Source: Amphiscolops sp. MND2022 (taxonomy: Eukaryota). From it: a DNA stretch of 64,000 nt. The notes beneath the pieces were generated by a model that had not been told where the DNA came from, made no database searches, and saw only the letters and a program-made list of their open reading frames with translations. Of the stretch, positions 1-11,800 are shown piece after piece (the stretch's first letter is position 1; each line of letters begins with the position of its first letter). Made by a program: the position numbers and the translations under genes. The DNA lies in assembly GCA_964187785.1 (NCBI GenBank), contig OZ076409.1:1116001-1180000 (forward strand), in the 5' to 3' direction.

Positions 1-531
1 TTCCTTTCATGCCAGAGTTTTGACGCCGCTAATTAGCGATTTAGCAAATTTCAGCGATTTTTATTAGCGGAAACTAATAGATTGTTCCTCCAATTCAAAA
101 TTCCTTCGAATACACACGGAGTTTCAAAGAGAAAAATCTGGTCTTGAAGTTTTCCAGAAATAGTAGCATAGTGCCGAAAAAACTAAATACCGTTTTGAAT
201 AAGAATGAAAATGTTCTGAAATGGAAGGAAAGAATCTTTTGAAACATTCTGGCCCTTTTTAGATGTTAGGTGTATCGTGAATCTATTTTGGTTACTTCAG
301 GCAGCTGAAAACCTACGATAAGCCATTAAAATAGTCGCGTTCTATCCCATCAAACGCGGAACAAGAAAGCTGTCACAAAGAAGAAGCGTTCCATGCAAAA
401 AGACTACAAAGTACACTCTCAACTGTGCACAGAAAGATGGGGGCGCTTTGGCCTCTGCGGCGCTCATGACTTTTATGACTTAAAACAGGAAATTGTTGAT
501 TTTTTTAAATCAAGAATGCGTGACTTCATAG

Positions 532-963
532 CAGTGTAATGTACAAGATATACGATTATACGAAAAATTATACGAAATCCACAATTTGTTATACGAATTA
601 CATGGTATACGAAGATGCCATTATTATACGAGTTATACTAAGAATCGCTTTTCAGTCTTTTTACGTCGATTTTGCCGTAACGGGCTAAGGAAGTTTTTGG
701 AAATTATGAAATTTTTGTGATGAATTTCAAATCAAATGCATCCTAAAATGGAAATAGACTATACGGGATACGGAAAGGGGACTATTGGACTATTGCATTC
801 CCTTTTACTGAAGCAATCAACACTTTCCGATAGAAAAATTATCCAAAAATTGTACTCCATGTCTTTATACGATATAAGAGATTATACGAATAATACGATA
901 TACGAAACCTTCGATAATACGATTACACGTTATAAGAGGAACTCAGTATACGACAACACACTG
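532..963. mobile_element. hAT-like MITE (TATACGA-rich family); further copies ~5157-5590 and ~44480-44898
   Basis: Termini CAGTGTAATGT...ACAACACACTG; 8-bp TSD CTTCATAG at 524-531 and 964-971. Confidence 0.8.
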
Positions 964-1169
964 CTTCATAGGCAAAATAAGTGTAAAGAAAAAAGTTTGT
1001 ATCTCAATTCTAAACTGTCACCCTGGAAATCAATTTAAAACTGAAGGTTTCTGGTTTGTATTCAAGTCTTTCTGTTATCATATTTCCACTGAATTTCCCA
1101 AAAAAATTTGGCGGTGGTGGGGTTTTTTTTGGGGGGCAGAAAAGAGCCCACGAGAATGCATATGCTTAC

Positions 1170-2822
1170 CTTGTAGGTCTGAGGCCCGGCACAGCTGATC
1201 TTGCACACGTCGCAGTAGTGCAGGGGACCCCGGGGGATGTAAGCAGCGCCAGAGGAGTTCTTGTCGCCCCCACCTCCACCCCTGGGTCCCTGGATCTCTT
1301 CTGGAAGCCAACCACGTGCGAATGGCCGCCACTGCTGCTGTTGTTGTGACCACTCCTCTCTGCACTGCCACTCCTTCTATCTCTGCGTCAGTCGTCAGAG
1401 CTCAGTGTCGTGCAATTAACACTATACCAACATTGTTAATTAACAAGCCTGTTTAAACTGTTTTTAATAGGCATGTACCGGAATTCCGGTCCGGCCGGAT
1501 TTCAAAAAAGTTCCGGTTCTGGCCGGAATCATCATTGGTTCCGGCCGAAACAAAATTCTCTTAAAAACAGCATTGTTTCCAAAATGTTTTAAATTGTTTC
1601 ATAAATTGATACAATTGACTAAAACAATTTCAGATTATGGTGAAGAGATAAAAGTTTTTCGCCAGTTTGTGGAAGAAGTCTGCTTCTTTTTTCTTCATAT
1701 ATGTTTCCGAATTCGGAGAACAGCCTTTCTGAATAAACAGATGACAGAGGTGATGTCAGAAATTTCTTCGCAACTTTTTTCATAGAACGTAAATGTAGGA
1801 TAGCACAATCAAAGTTCCGGTCCGGTTCCGGCCGGAACTGAAAAACGCATTCCGGTACATCCCTAGCTTAACACCAGTTTTTTAACAAGGTTATCAGAAT
1901 GTTGAAAATTCCATGGGTTCTAGTCAAAAACTGAAGTGTTTCAGATGACGAGGGTCGTGGTGTACGAACTGCAAAAACGAAATGGTCAACAATGCTGGAA
2001 TGATGGAAAGCCATTTTATTGCTTGCTCTAAAAAACTGGTTTATGTACCGCCAAATGAACAAAAGGTGATGGAATTACTTTGCGATAACTTAATTCCATC
2101 ACTTTTTGTTCATTTGGCGGTACATAAACCAGTTTTTTTAGAGCAAGCATTTGTTTTTGATATTTTTAACATAATTTACATGTTTTTTATTTTAACTGTT
2201 AAAAATATTTTAAACTAACAACTTAACAGCCCTGCTAACTACTGCACTAAGTTTATTCTAACGTTATTTTAGTGTTAAGGGTGAATCGTTAACAAAGCAT
2301 TTCGTAATACGAGCGAGAGAAATATTTCTCTCAGCCTTTCTTTAGTCTAATTTCTCAGTCAAAAGATCAATTCACGCACGATTTGCAGAAATTTTGAATG
2401 TTTTCGTCGGCATGAATATGCACAAAGTTCAACTACTAATCGATTAGCACCTCAGCAAAGTTTTGAAACATATTTTCGGAAAAAAATGACAAAAATGAGC
2501 CGTAAAATTTTGACTTTTTTGGACAAGTTTCGAACCTTTCGCTGACATAAGTATATTGATAAAGGATTTTAGACATTTTATATGAATGATCGATGATGTA
2601 TTTTCGACCTACAGTAGTATTTTCTTTTTAGATGAAAGAGTAGTACGACACTGTCTGTGTCTGGAAGAGGCCGCCACAGGGATGCTGTTGGAAGCGGAGG
2701 CAGAGGAAGACGAGACAGCACTGTAGGTGCCAGAGGACGAGCCAGATGAGTTGGTGCCGGGGGCATCTGGACCAGGGGTCAAAGTCTTGTTGAAACTGGA
2801 TGCACTGGACGAAGAGCCACTT
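1170..2822 (-). pseudogene. ZFR: Duplicate of ZFR exons 5 (2822-2652) and 6 (1382-1170); exon 6 copy has a -1 frameshift
   Basis: Near-identical to 7463-7290 and 6020-5807. The exon 5 copy is 3 nt shorter (in frame). The exon 6 copy is 213 nt vs 214 nt (C4 vs C5 run near 1279-1282), which could be a homopolymer sequencing error. Confidence 0.65.
1468..1865. mobile_element. MITE with CCGG-rich subterminal repeats (second copy ~6106-6503)
   Basis: TIR TAGGCATGTACCGGAAT / ATTCCGGTACATCCCTA; no clean TSD seen. Confidence 0.65.
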
Positions 2823-2922
2823 CTGTGACCAGCAGCACCACACAAACATACCCAGTGGATCATCCACTCACAATTCTCTGAATTCTCTGTGTGTGTCTTG
2901 CTATTTTCATACGACACTTATA

Positions 2923-3100
2923 CAGTTTAACTTCAGTATTACACACCTCGTTGGGAGCAAACGGTCAAGTACGTTATTCTGAAGTGTGTGTTATAAGCGA
3001 AAAAGACCAAATGATGAAAACCAAACACGGGGGCACAAAATATGTGCGTTATTCTGAAGGTTACACTATAGTGCACGTGTGTGATACTGAAGTTAAACTG
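2923..3100. mobile_element. Tc1/mariner-type MITE, absent from the duplicated copy
   Basis: TIR CAGTTTAACTTCAGTAT / ATACTGAAGTTAAACTG with TA TSD; empty site at ~7562 (CTTATACACC). Confidence 0.85.
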
Positions 3101-5806
3101 TACACCGTTTCTCATTTAGATGAACAAAAATTCAAGTTGAATGAATTCACCAATAAGATGTAATCGTTCCACTTTTCTGTCATCGCTGATGACAGATGGT
3201 GTCAATTTAAATAAATTTCATTTTAGATGAATCTCCGAGTGGCGATAGAACTCAATACGCAACAAAATTTCAATTTAATTGACTGAAATTCCATTTTAGA
3301 TGAAATTTATTCAATCAAAATGACAATTTGGAATGACTGTTTTAATTGACTGCAGAGTTTTGTTAGCATTTTGTTTATTCAAATAAAATTAGCTTTCGTT
3401 CATCTAAATTGGAATTGTGATAGCATTGATTTATTTTAATTGTCATTGATGGAATCAAGAAGCACGACGTTCAACTAAATTGAAATTTTGTTCACCTAAA
3501 TTAGAAACGGTGTATTTCATACTTAAGGGAGACACATTGGAAAACTAATCCCATTTTTGCATGTTATAAATTTACACCCAATTTTTGCATGTTATAAAAT
3601 TTAAATCTCACGCTTATACTCACTGCCGAGCAAAATATCTGAATTTTTCAGTAGGTATTCGAATCGCGTACGAAAAGTTGACTGAAAAAAAGTTGCAAAG
3701 TTCAGATTTCAATATTATTCCTGCTATCGCAGACAGAATAAAAATGAAATAAACAAGTTCACTCATAAAAAACGGTGAAGTGTAAAGTTATTTGGTATAA
3801 ATGAAATAATTATAGTATAGAACTAACAAGCACAAAATAATCATTCAAAGTTATGAACACAACATACTAGGGATTCAATTAAAAACGGTAATCTTTCCAA
3901 CATTTCATTCTATGCACGGGATGTTCAGTCTTTTTTGATTTGAGAAATGAAGTGATGTTTCAGTTTTGTCTTGATACTCTCATAGTTTTTCTTTTCGAAA
4001 TGGATTCTGGTATGTTGTTCCACAGGACAATCATGAAACAGTTCTGTGAAAAGTGGCATTGCGTCAAAAATAACTTAGTTTGTTCTTTCAAAAAATTTAA
4101 TTTCAAGGAGATTCACTTCTTCATCCCAGTGATAGGCACAGAGATGATTTCATTCCTCGTTCAAGCCAGAGTTTTGACGCCGCTAAGTAGCGATTTTTTG
4201 GCTCTTTTCTGCCTCCCACCTCCAAAATGTTTTGAAAAAAATTTCGTTAAAAAGTTTAGACTAGCCTAATTAAATGTAAAACCGTCTTTCATAGCAGGAA
4301 GTTAACGTCTATAAGAGTAGTTTTTTGTTTGAACAAAACATCTTTCACGCACTTTTACTGTAATTATGTTCGAATTACCTGTTTTTTTGTTGATTTCTTT
4401 ACCAAGATAGCGTGACTTCATACGCAAAAACAGTGTGAACAAAGCTTGTATCTGAATTCTAAACTGTCACCATGGAAATAAAAAATTTGAAATTGAAGGC
4501 TTCTGGTTTGTATTCAAGTCTTTTTGTTGTGATATTTCCACTAATGTTCCAAAAAATAGCAGTGGGGGCAGAAAAGAGCCAAGGAGATTCACTCTTTGGA
4601 TCGCAGTGATAGATATGATTTCATTTTCCTTTCATGCCAGAGTTTTGACGCCGCTAATTAGCGATTTAGCAATTTTCAGCGATTTTTATTAGCGGAAACT
4701 AATAGATTGTTCCTCCAATTCAAAATTCCTTTGAGTACACACGGAGTTTCAAAGAGAAAAATCTGGTCTTGAAGTTTTCCAGAAATAGTAGCATAGTGCC
4801 GAAAAAACTAAATACCGTTTTGAATAAGAATGAAAATGTTCTGAAATGGAAGGAAAGAATCTTTTGAAACATTCTGGCCCTTTTTAGATGTTAGGTGTAT
4901 CGTGAATCTATTTTGGTTACTTCAGGCAGCTGAAAACCTACGATAAGCCATTAAAATAGTCGCGTTCTATCCCATCAAACGCGGAACAAGAAAGCTGTCA
5001 CAAAGAAGAAGCGTTCCATGCAAAAAGACTACAAAGTACACTCTCAACTGTGCACAGAAAGATGGGGGCGCTTTGGCCTCTGCGGCGCTCATGACTTTTA
5101 TGACTTAAAACAGGAAATTGTTGATTTTTTTAAATCAAGAATGCGTGACTTCATAGCAGTGTAATGTACAAGATATACGATTATACGAAAAATTATACGA
5201 AATCCACAATTTGTTATACGAATTACATGGTATACGAAGATGCCATTATTATACGAGTTATACTGAGAATCGCTTTTCAGTCTTTTTACGTCGATTTTGC
5301 CGTAACGGGCTAAGGAAGTTTTTGGAAATAATGAAATTTTTGTGATGAATTTCAAATCAAATGCATCCTAAAATGGAAATAGACTATACGGGATACGGAA
5401 AGGGGACTATTGGACTATTGCATTCCCTTTTACTGAAGCAATCAACACTTTCCGATAGAAAAATTATCCAAAAATTGTACTCCATGTCTTTATACGATAT
5501 AAGAGAAATTATACGGATAATACGATATACGAAACCTTCGATATTACGATTACACGTTATAAGAGGAACTCAGTATACGACAACACACTGCTTCATAGGC
5601 AAAATAAGTGTAAAGAAAAAAGTTTGTATCTCAATTCTAAACTGTCACCCTGGAAATCAATTTAAAACTGAAGGTTTCTGGTTTGTATTCAAGTCTTTCT
5701 GTTATCATATTTCCACTGAATTTCCCAAAAAAATTTGGCGGTGGTGGGGTTTTTTTTTTGGGGGGGGGGGGGGCAGAAAAGAGCCCACGAGAATGCATAT
5801 GCTTAC

Positions 5807-8800
5807 CTTGTAGGTCTGAGGCCCGGCACAGCTGATCTTGCACACGTCGCAGTAGTGCAGGGGACCCCGGGGGATGTAAGCAGCCCCGGAGGAGTTCTTG
5901 TCGCCCCCACCTCCACCCCCTGGGTCCCTGGATCTCTTCTGGAAGCCAACCACGTGCGAATGGCCGCCACTGCTGCTGTTGTTGTGACCACTCCTCTCTG
6001 CACTGCCACTCCTTCTATCTCTGCGTCAGTCGTCAGAGCTCAGTGTCGTGCAATTAACACTATACCAACATTGTTAATTAACAAGCCTGTTTAAACTGTT
6101 TTTAATAGGCATGTACCGGAATTCCGGTCCGGCCGGATTTCAAAAAAGTTCCGGTTCTGGCCGGAATCATCATTGGTTCCGGCCGAAACAAAATTCTCTT
6201 AAAAACAGCATTGTTTCCAAAATGTTTTAAATTGTTTCATAAATTGATACAATTGACTAAAACAATTTCAGATTATGGTGAAGAGATAAAAGTTTTTCGC
6301 CAGTTTGTGGAAGAAGTCTGCTTCTTTTTTCTTCATATATGTTTCCGAATTCGGAGAACAGCCTTTCTGAATAAACAGATGACAGAGGTGATGTCAGAAA
6401 TTTCTTCGCAACTTTTTTCATAGAACGTAAATGTAGGATAGCACAATCAAAGTTCCGGTCCGGTTCCGGCCGGAACTGAAAAACGCATTCCGGTACATCC
6501 CTAGCTTAACACCAGTTTTTTAACAAGGTTATCAGAATGTTGAAAATTCCATGGGTTCTAGTCAAAAACTGAAGTGTTTCAGATGACGAGGGTCGTGGTG
6601 TACGAACTGCAAAAACGAAATGGTCAACAATGCTGGAATGATGGAAAGCCATTTTATTGCTTGCTCTAAAAAACTGGTTTATGTACCGCCAAATGAACAA
6701 AAGGTGATGGAATTACTTTGCGATAACTTAATTCCATCACTTTTTGTTCATTTGGCGGTACATAAACCAGTTTTTTTAGAGCAAGCATTTGTTTTTGATA
6801 TTTTTAACATAATTTACATGTTTTTTATTTTAACTGTTAAAAATATTTTAAACTAACAACTTAACAGCCCTGCTAACTACTGCACTAAGTTTATTCTAAC
6901 GTTATTTTAGTGTTAAGGGTGAATCGTTAACAAAGCATTTCGTAATACGAGCGAGAGAAATATTTCTCTCAGCCTTTCTTTAGTCTAATTTCTCAGTCAA
7001 AAGATCAATTCACGCACGATTTGCAGAAATTTTGAATGTTTTCGTCGGCATGAATATGCACAAAGCTCAACTACTAATCGATTAGCACCTCAGCAAAGTT
7101 TTGAAACATATTTTCGGAAAAAAATGACAAAAATGAGCCGTAAAATTTTGACTTTTTTGGACAAGTTTCGAACCTTTCGCTGACATAAGTATATTGATAA
7201 AGGATTTTAGACATTTTATATGAATGATCGATGATGTATTTTCGACCTACAGTAGTATTTTCTTTTTAGATGAAAGAGTAGTACGACACTGTCTGTGTCT
7301 GGAAGAGGCCGCCACAGGGATGCTGTTGGAAGCGGAGGCAGAGGAAGACGAGACAGCACTGTAGGTGCCAGAGGACGAGCCAGATGAGTTGCTGCCGGCG
7401 GGGGCATCTGGACCAGGGGTCAAGGTCTTGTTGAAACTGGATGCACTGGACGAAGAGCCACTTCTGTGACCAGCAGCACCACACAAACATACCCAGTGGA
7501 TCATCCACTCACAATTCTCTGAATTCTGTGTGTGTGTCTTGCTATTTTCATACGACCCTTATACACCGTTTCCCATTTAGATGAACAAAATTTCAAGTTG
7601 AATGAATTCACCAATAAGATGTAATCGTTCCACTTTTCTGTCATCGCTGATTGGTGTCAATTTAAATAAATTTCATTTTAGATGAATCTGCGAGTGGCGA
7701 TAGAACTCAATACGCAACAAAATTTCAATTTAATTGACTGAAATTCCATTTTAGATGAAATAATCACCAATTCTCAATAACTCCTTCTTTCGCTGAGAGT
7801 AAGAATTTGCTGCGCTTACCTTAGGCAACTGCTGCTTAATTCTCTGGCTTTCATTTTATTCAATTAAAATGACAATTTGGAATGACTCTGTTTTAATTGG
7901 CTGCCGAGTTTTGTTAGCATTCTTGTTTATTCAAATAAAATTAGCTTTCGTTCATCTAAATTGGAATTGTGATAGCGGTTTAGTATCATTTCACCCCACG
8001 TTCATTTCACCCCATGTCATTTCACCCTAGGTTCATTTTACCCCAGGTTCATTTCACCCCAGGTTCATTTCACCCCACGTTCATTTCACCCCACTTTAAA
8101 TTATCAAATGCGTCTCAGATTAATTACTAAAGCCACCCAATTTCACCAATTTCAATCTTAGCGCTAATAGAAAAGCGTCTTGAATCTAATTACCAATTAG
8201 ATAAGCAAACGATGCTTTCTATGTGAACCACAAATTCGAAACCGAATAGTTTCATTTATCGGAATTGTAATACTTCTGAAAAAGGCGCTGAATAAAATCA
8301 TTTTTCTTCTGTCAATCGGATGTTGCGAATCTTCAGCGAAAAATTTCTTATTCGGTGTTTCTACGGCAAAAAAATCCTACAGGTCAGAAACTGACAATCA
8401 AATCAAAGCTGACTCAAAGACTGTAGGCATCAAAATTTAATTGCTAATTGGTTAATTAAGGCGAGACGTTTTTGTATAATTACAATATGGTGTGAAGTGA
8501 AAATGAGGTGAAATGAACGTGGGGTGAAATGATTGTGGGGTGAAATGAATGTGGGGTGAAATGAATGTGGGGTGAAATGAACGTGGGGTGAAATGAATGT
8601 GGGGTGAAATGAATGTGGGGTGAAATGAACGTGGGGTGAAATGAATGTGGGGTGAAATGAACGTGGGGTGAAATGAATGTGGGAGGAAATGATATGGGGT
8701 GAAGTGATATGGGTGAAATGATTTTGGGGTGAAATGAACGCACACTGTGATAGCATTGATTCATTTTAATTGTCATAGGTGGAATTAAGAAGCACGACGT

Positions 8801-11800
8801 TCAACTAAATCGAAATTTTGTTCACCTAAATTAGAAACGGTGTATTTCATACTTAAGGGGGACACATTGGAAAATTAATCCCATTTTTGCATGTTATAAA
8901 TTTCCACTCAAAAGGTAACACCGTCCAAAACATTCAACGATTAGGCACCAATTTTCATCTCATTGCCAACTGGCTGCAAGCTTTGTGCCGTAGCAAGGCC
9001 AAATCTGAATCAAATTGACCCAATTCGTCATGCGAGGCGCAAAATTTAATAAACGGTTGATTTCGTATTTGTGTTAGCTGAGAACTGCGAACTCTAAATT
9101 TTATGCTCATACCATTCAAAAGTTGTTCGATGGGATTTAAGACAAAAATAGGCCCCTCCGGGGCTCAGTACTATTTCTGCCTTAATCTTTTTTTTTGAAA
9201 CAAAAAAATCATTAATAAAAGAATCATATCTGGAATACCAATACACTCTTGTTTAATGATTATTTAGCGCACAATTACATGTAATCACTGTACAAGTTTA
9301 CACTGCCTTTAATTTTTCTCGGACTAAAGAAGATATAACTACTAAGCGTAGACGAAGTTTCGCATTCGCATTTGAATGCAGGCGAAGCTCTCAACGAACG
9401 AATAATTAACACTCATTCGCTTCATCTCAATAACTCGGAGCAACGAAAGCACAATTACGAACATTCGCTCGCTTCATCTCAATGACGTCAGCATACGAAT
9501 GGATAATTACCACTCGCTCGTTCCATCGCACTAGAATTGAATTGTCTTCGGCAGCTCTCTCGCTTACACTCACTGCCGAACAAAATATCTGAATTATTCA
9601 GATCGTCCGAAAAATTGTTCTGAAAAAAAAGTAGACGTTTCCAGATTTCAATAATATTCCTGCTAAAGCAGAAATATTAATAAAATGTTTCACTGGAGTT
9701 TCAAACAAGCCGGTAACGGCATAAGTCGGCGCCATATCTAAGGCTCAAAAATAGCAAAAGGACTTCAAAGTGTCAAGTATTCTCTTCTACAGTACCCGAA
9801 AAACTAAAAAGTTGGACCGAACTGGCGCGCTAAAAGGGGAGACCCTTTCGGATTTTTTACCATTCATTCTGTTGCAAAATATCAAAAAAATGAAGGGGGA
9901 CCCTTTGGCTAAAAAATTCAAAAAAATCTCACAATGCTGAAAAAACAGAGACCCTTTAGTCTCGCCCGGTATTGTATGTTGCGCTGATAAAAAGGGTCAA
10001 CTCCTTTGCTCCTTTGGTTAAGTTCCTTGGGCCAAATGGTTCAATTTGACACATAAAATTTCGTAGAACTTTGTAGAACTATTGTGGTCACTACAGGTGT
10101 ATCGAAAAAAAATACTGACGAAAAGCCATGACTATAGTCGACTCTTTATGAAGAAAAGCGCCGACTAAAAACGAAGGGCGGAAAGTTTGTTTTTTTTTTT
10201 GGGGGGGGGGGGTGTTGTTTGAGAACTGGTTGGGTTTTGAGTAGTGAATTAGGTGTGTGTGTGTGGTGCCTGTTGTAGCGATCGCCTCCTCCTGCTCGGG
10301 AGCCGGAGTTGCTGCCTCGGGAGAAAGAGGCAGTGCCACTGTGCTCTGACGACGACGACGACGACTTGTGATGGAAGCTGCGACTGGAGGAGCTGTTGTT
10401 GCCGCCAGAGCCACTGCCACTCGAGGACCCAGACCCAGTCGCCGTAATTGTCGCAATCGCATTCGCACTTTTGTATGCTGAAACCACCATCAAGTGTTAC
10501 TCACCATTCACGTTGACTCACTTGTCTGTTTGGAAACTACCAAAAAAGCATTCCAAAGCCGCCGCCGCCACTATTTTGCTGGATGATTTAATGTTATAAA
10601 TTGTGAAACAGAAGTCCTTGTATCATACTCCTTATAATCAATCCACTCTTTCATCGATGCACTCGTCCAACACAACAACATCATCCACTAGAAAGAGGCT
10701 ACACTGAGGATGTGACAATGAGACAACACACCCCATCATACAAAACAACTCAACAGTTTTGAGAAACCTAAACCACATAGTTTTTAATGAGGTTTCATTG
10801 CATGTGAAAGCATTCTAAAAATTCACTTGCAGTTGCAGGCAACTTTTATAGCAGTCGCAAGACTTCAACTTGAAGACTGTTTTTCGCTGCTGGTGATTCC
10901 AATGGCCTAAAAATCTTCACAAGAGAAGAGCAGAGAGGTTTATTTCCCCAATTCCGCGGGGTGGGCGACTCCGAATAAGCAGCACTTCTGATTTTCTAAG
11001 TCGGCGCTCTTTCGGATACTAAAAAGATTCTCCCCAAAAAGATTCTCACACAGTCAAAGCGAATAAGTACTTGTGTGAACAATCCAAGCAACAGTGAAAC
11101 ACAGAGGCGAAGCGGTGCTTCGCAACACATGACGAAGACAACGATTTTAATATGCGTATATATATTATTTTAATCGCATGCGTATATATTCAACAGTTCA
11201 ACTTTGTTCAATAACGTCCCTATGGCACAGTGGTCAACACTCATGCCGTGCAATCGGGAGGCTGCAGGTTCGAATCTCTCAGGGGTTTTGGCTTTTGTCT
11301 AAAAGGCGCTCATTATGAAGTTGACTATTGTGGAAAAAAAAACTTTCTTAGCTGGACTGCAATGCACATTGACTTCGTCATGTGCAAAAATAACTTTTGT
11401 GTTTTTCATTCATATCTGCACGAGCAAGCTAGCAGTAAAAAACGATGCTTTTTAGACAGTTACAGTCAAACTCGGGTAAAAGAAACTCAGAGGGTGGTAA
11501 GAAAAGTGTTCCTTTTATCCATAGTTTCTTTTATAAGTTGTCCTATTAGAATCGTAGAATGTTTGTCTTGTGTAAAAGCGGAGGAGTGAAAACGTCTCTT
11601 ATATCCAAATGTTTCTTTTATCCGAATTCGACTGTATTAAGTGTTATTGTCGTCAAGTGTGAACTTGTCAAAGGATAGGGTTTGAGAGCAAGACTAACAG
11701 GAAGAGGAGCCGCCACTTCTGGAACTGTTGTACTGGTCGCCTGGCTGGTAGCCCACAGTGCCCCCGCCCCCGTAGCCAGAAGAGGACCCCCCAGAGGAGG

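Larger units (their letters stand above)
1..8900. repeat. ~4.6 kb tandem segmental duplication (1-~3590 matches 4626-~8900)
   Basis: Direct base-by-base similarity, with ORFs repeated at ~4625-4638 offset. The copies differ by point changes and presence/absence of insertions. Confidence 0.95.

Noticed and set aside
8430..8776. HFTP/FHPT repeat ORFs
   Set aside because: They are translations of the 15-bp subterminal array of a Mutator/Foldback-like element.
11216..11285. Functional tRNA gene
   Set aside because: The acceptor and anticodon stems pair poorly; more likely SINE-derived.
10478..11698. Clasp in ZFR intron 3
   Set aside because: Only 7/8 (TGTTAGTC/GAGTAACA) plus an interrupted 5+5 match; not distinguishable from chance, so not counted.
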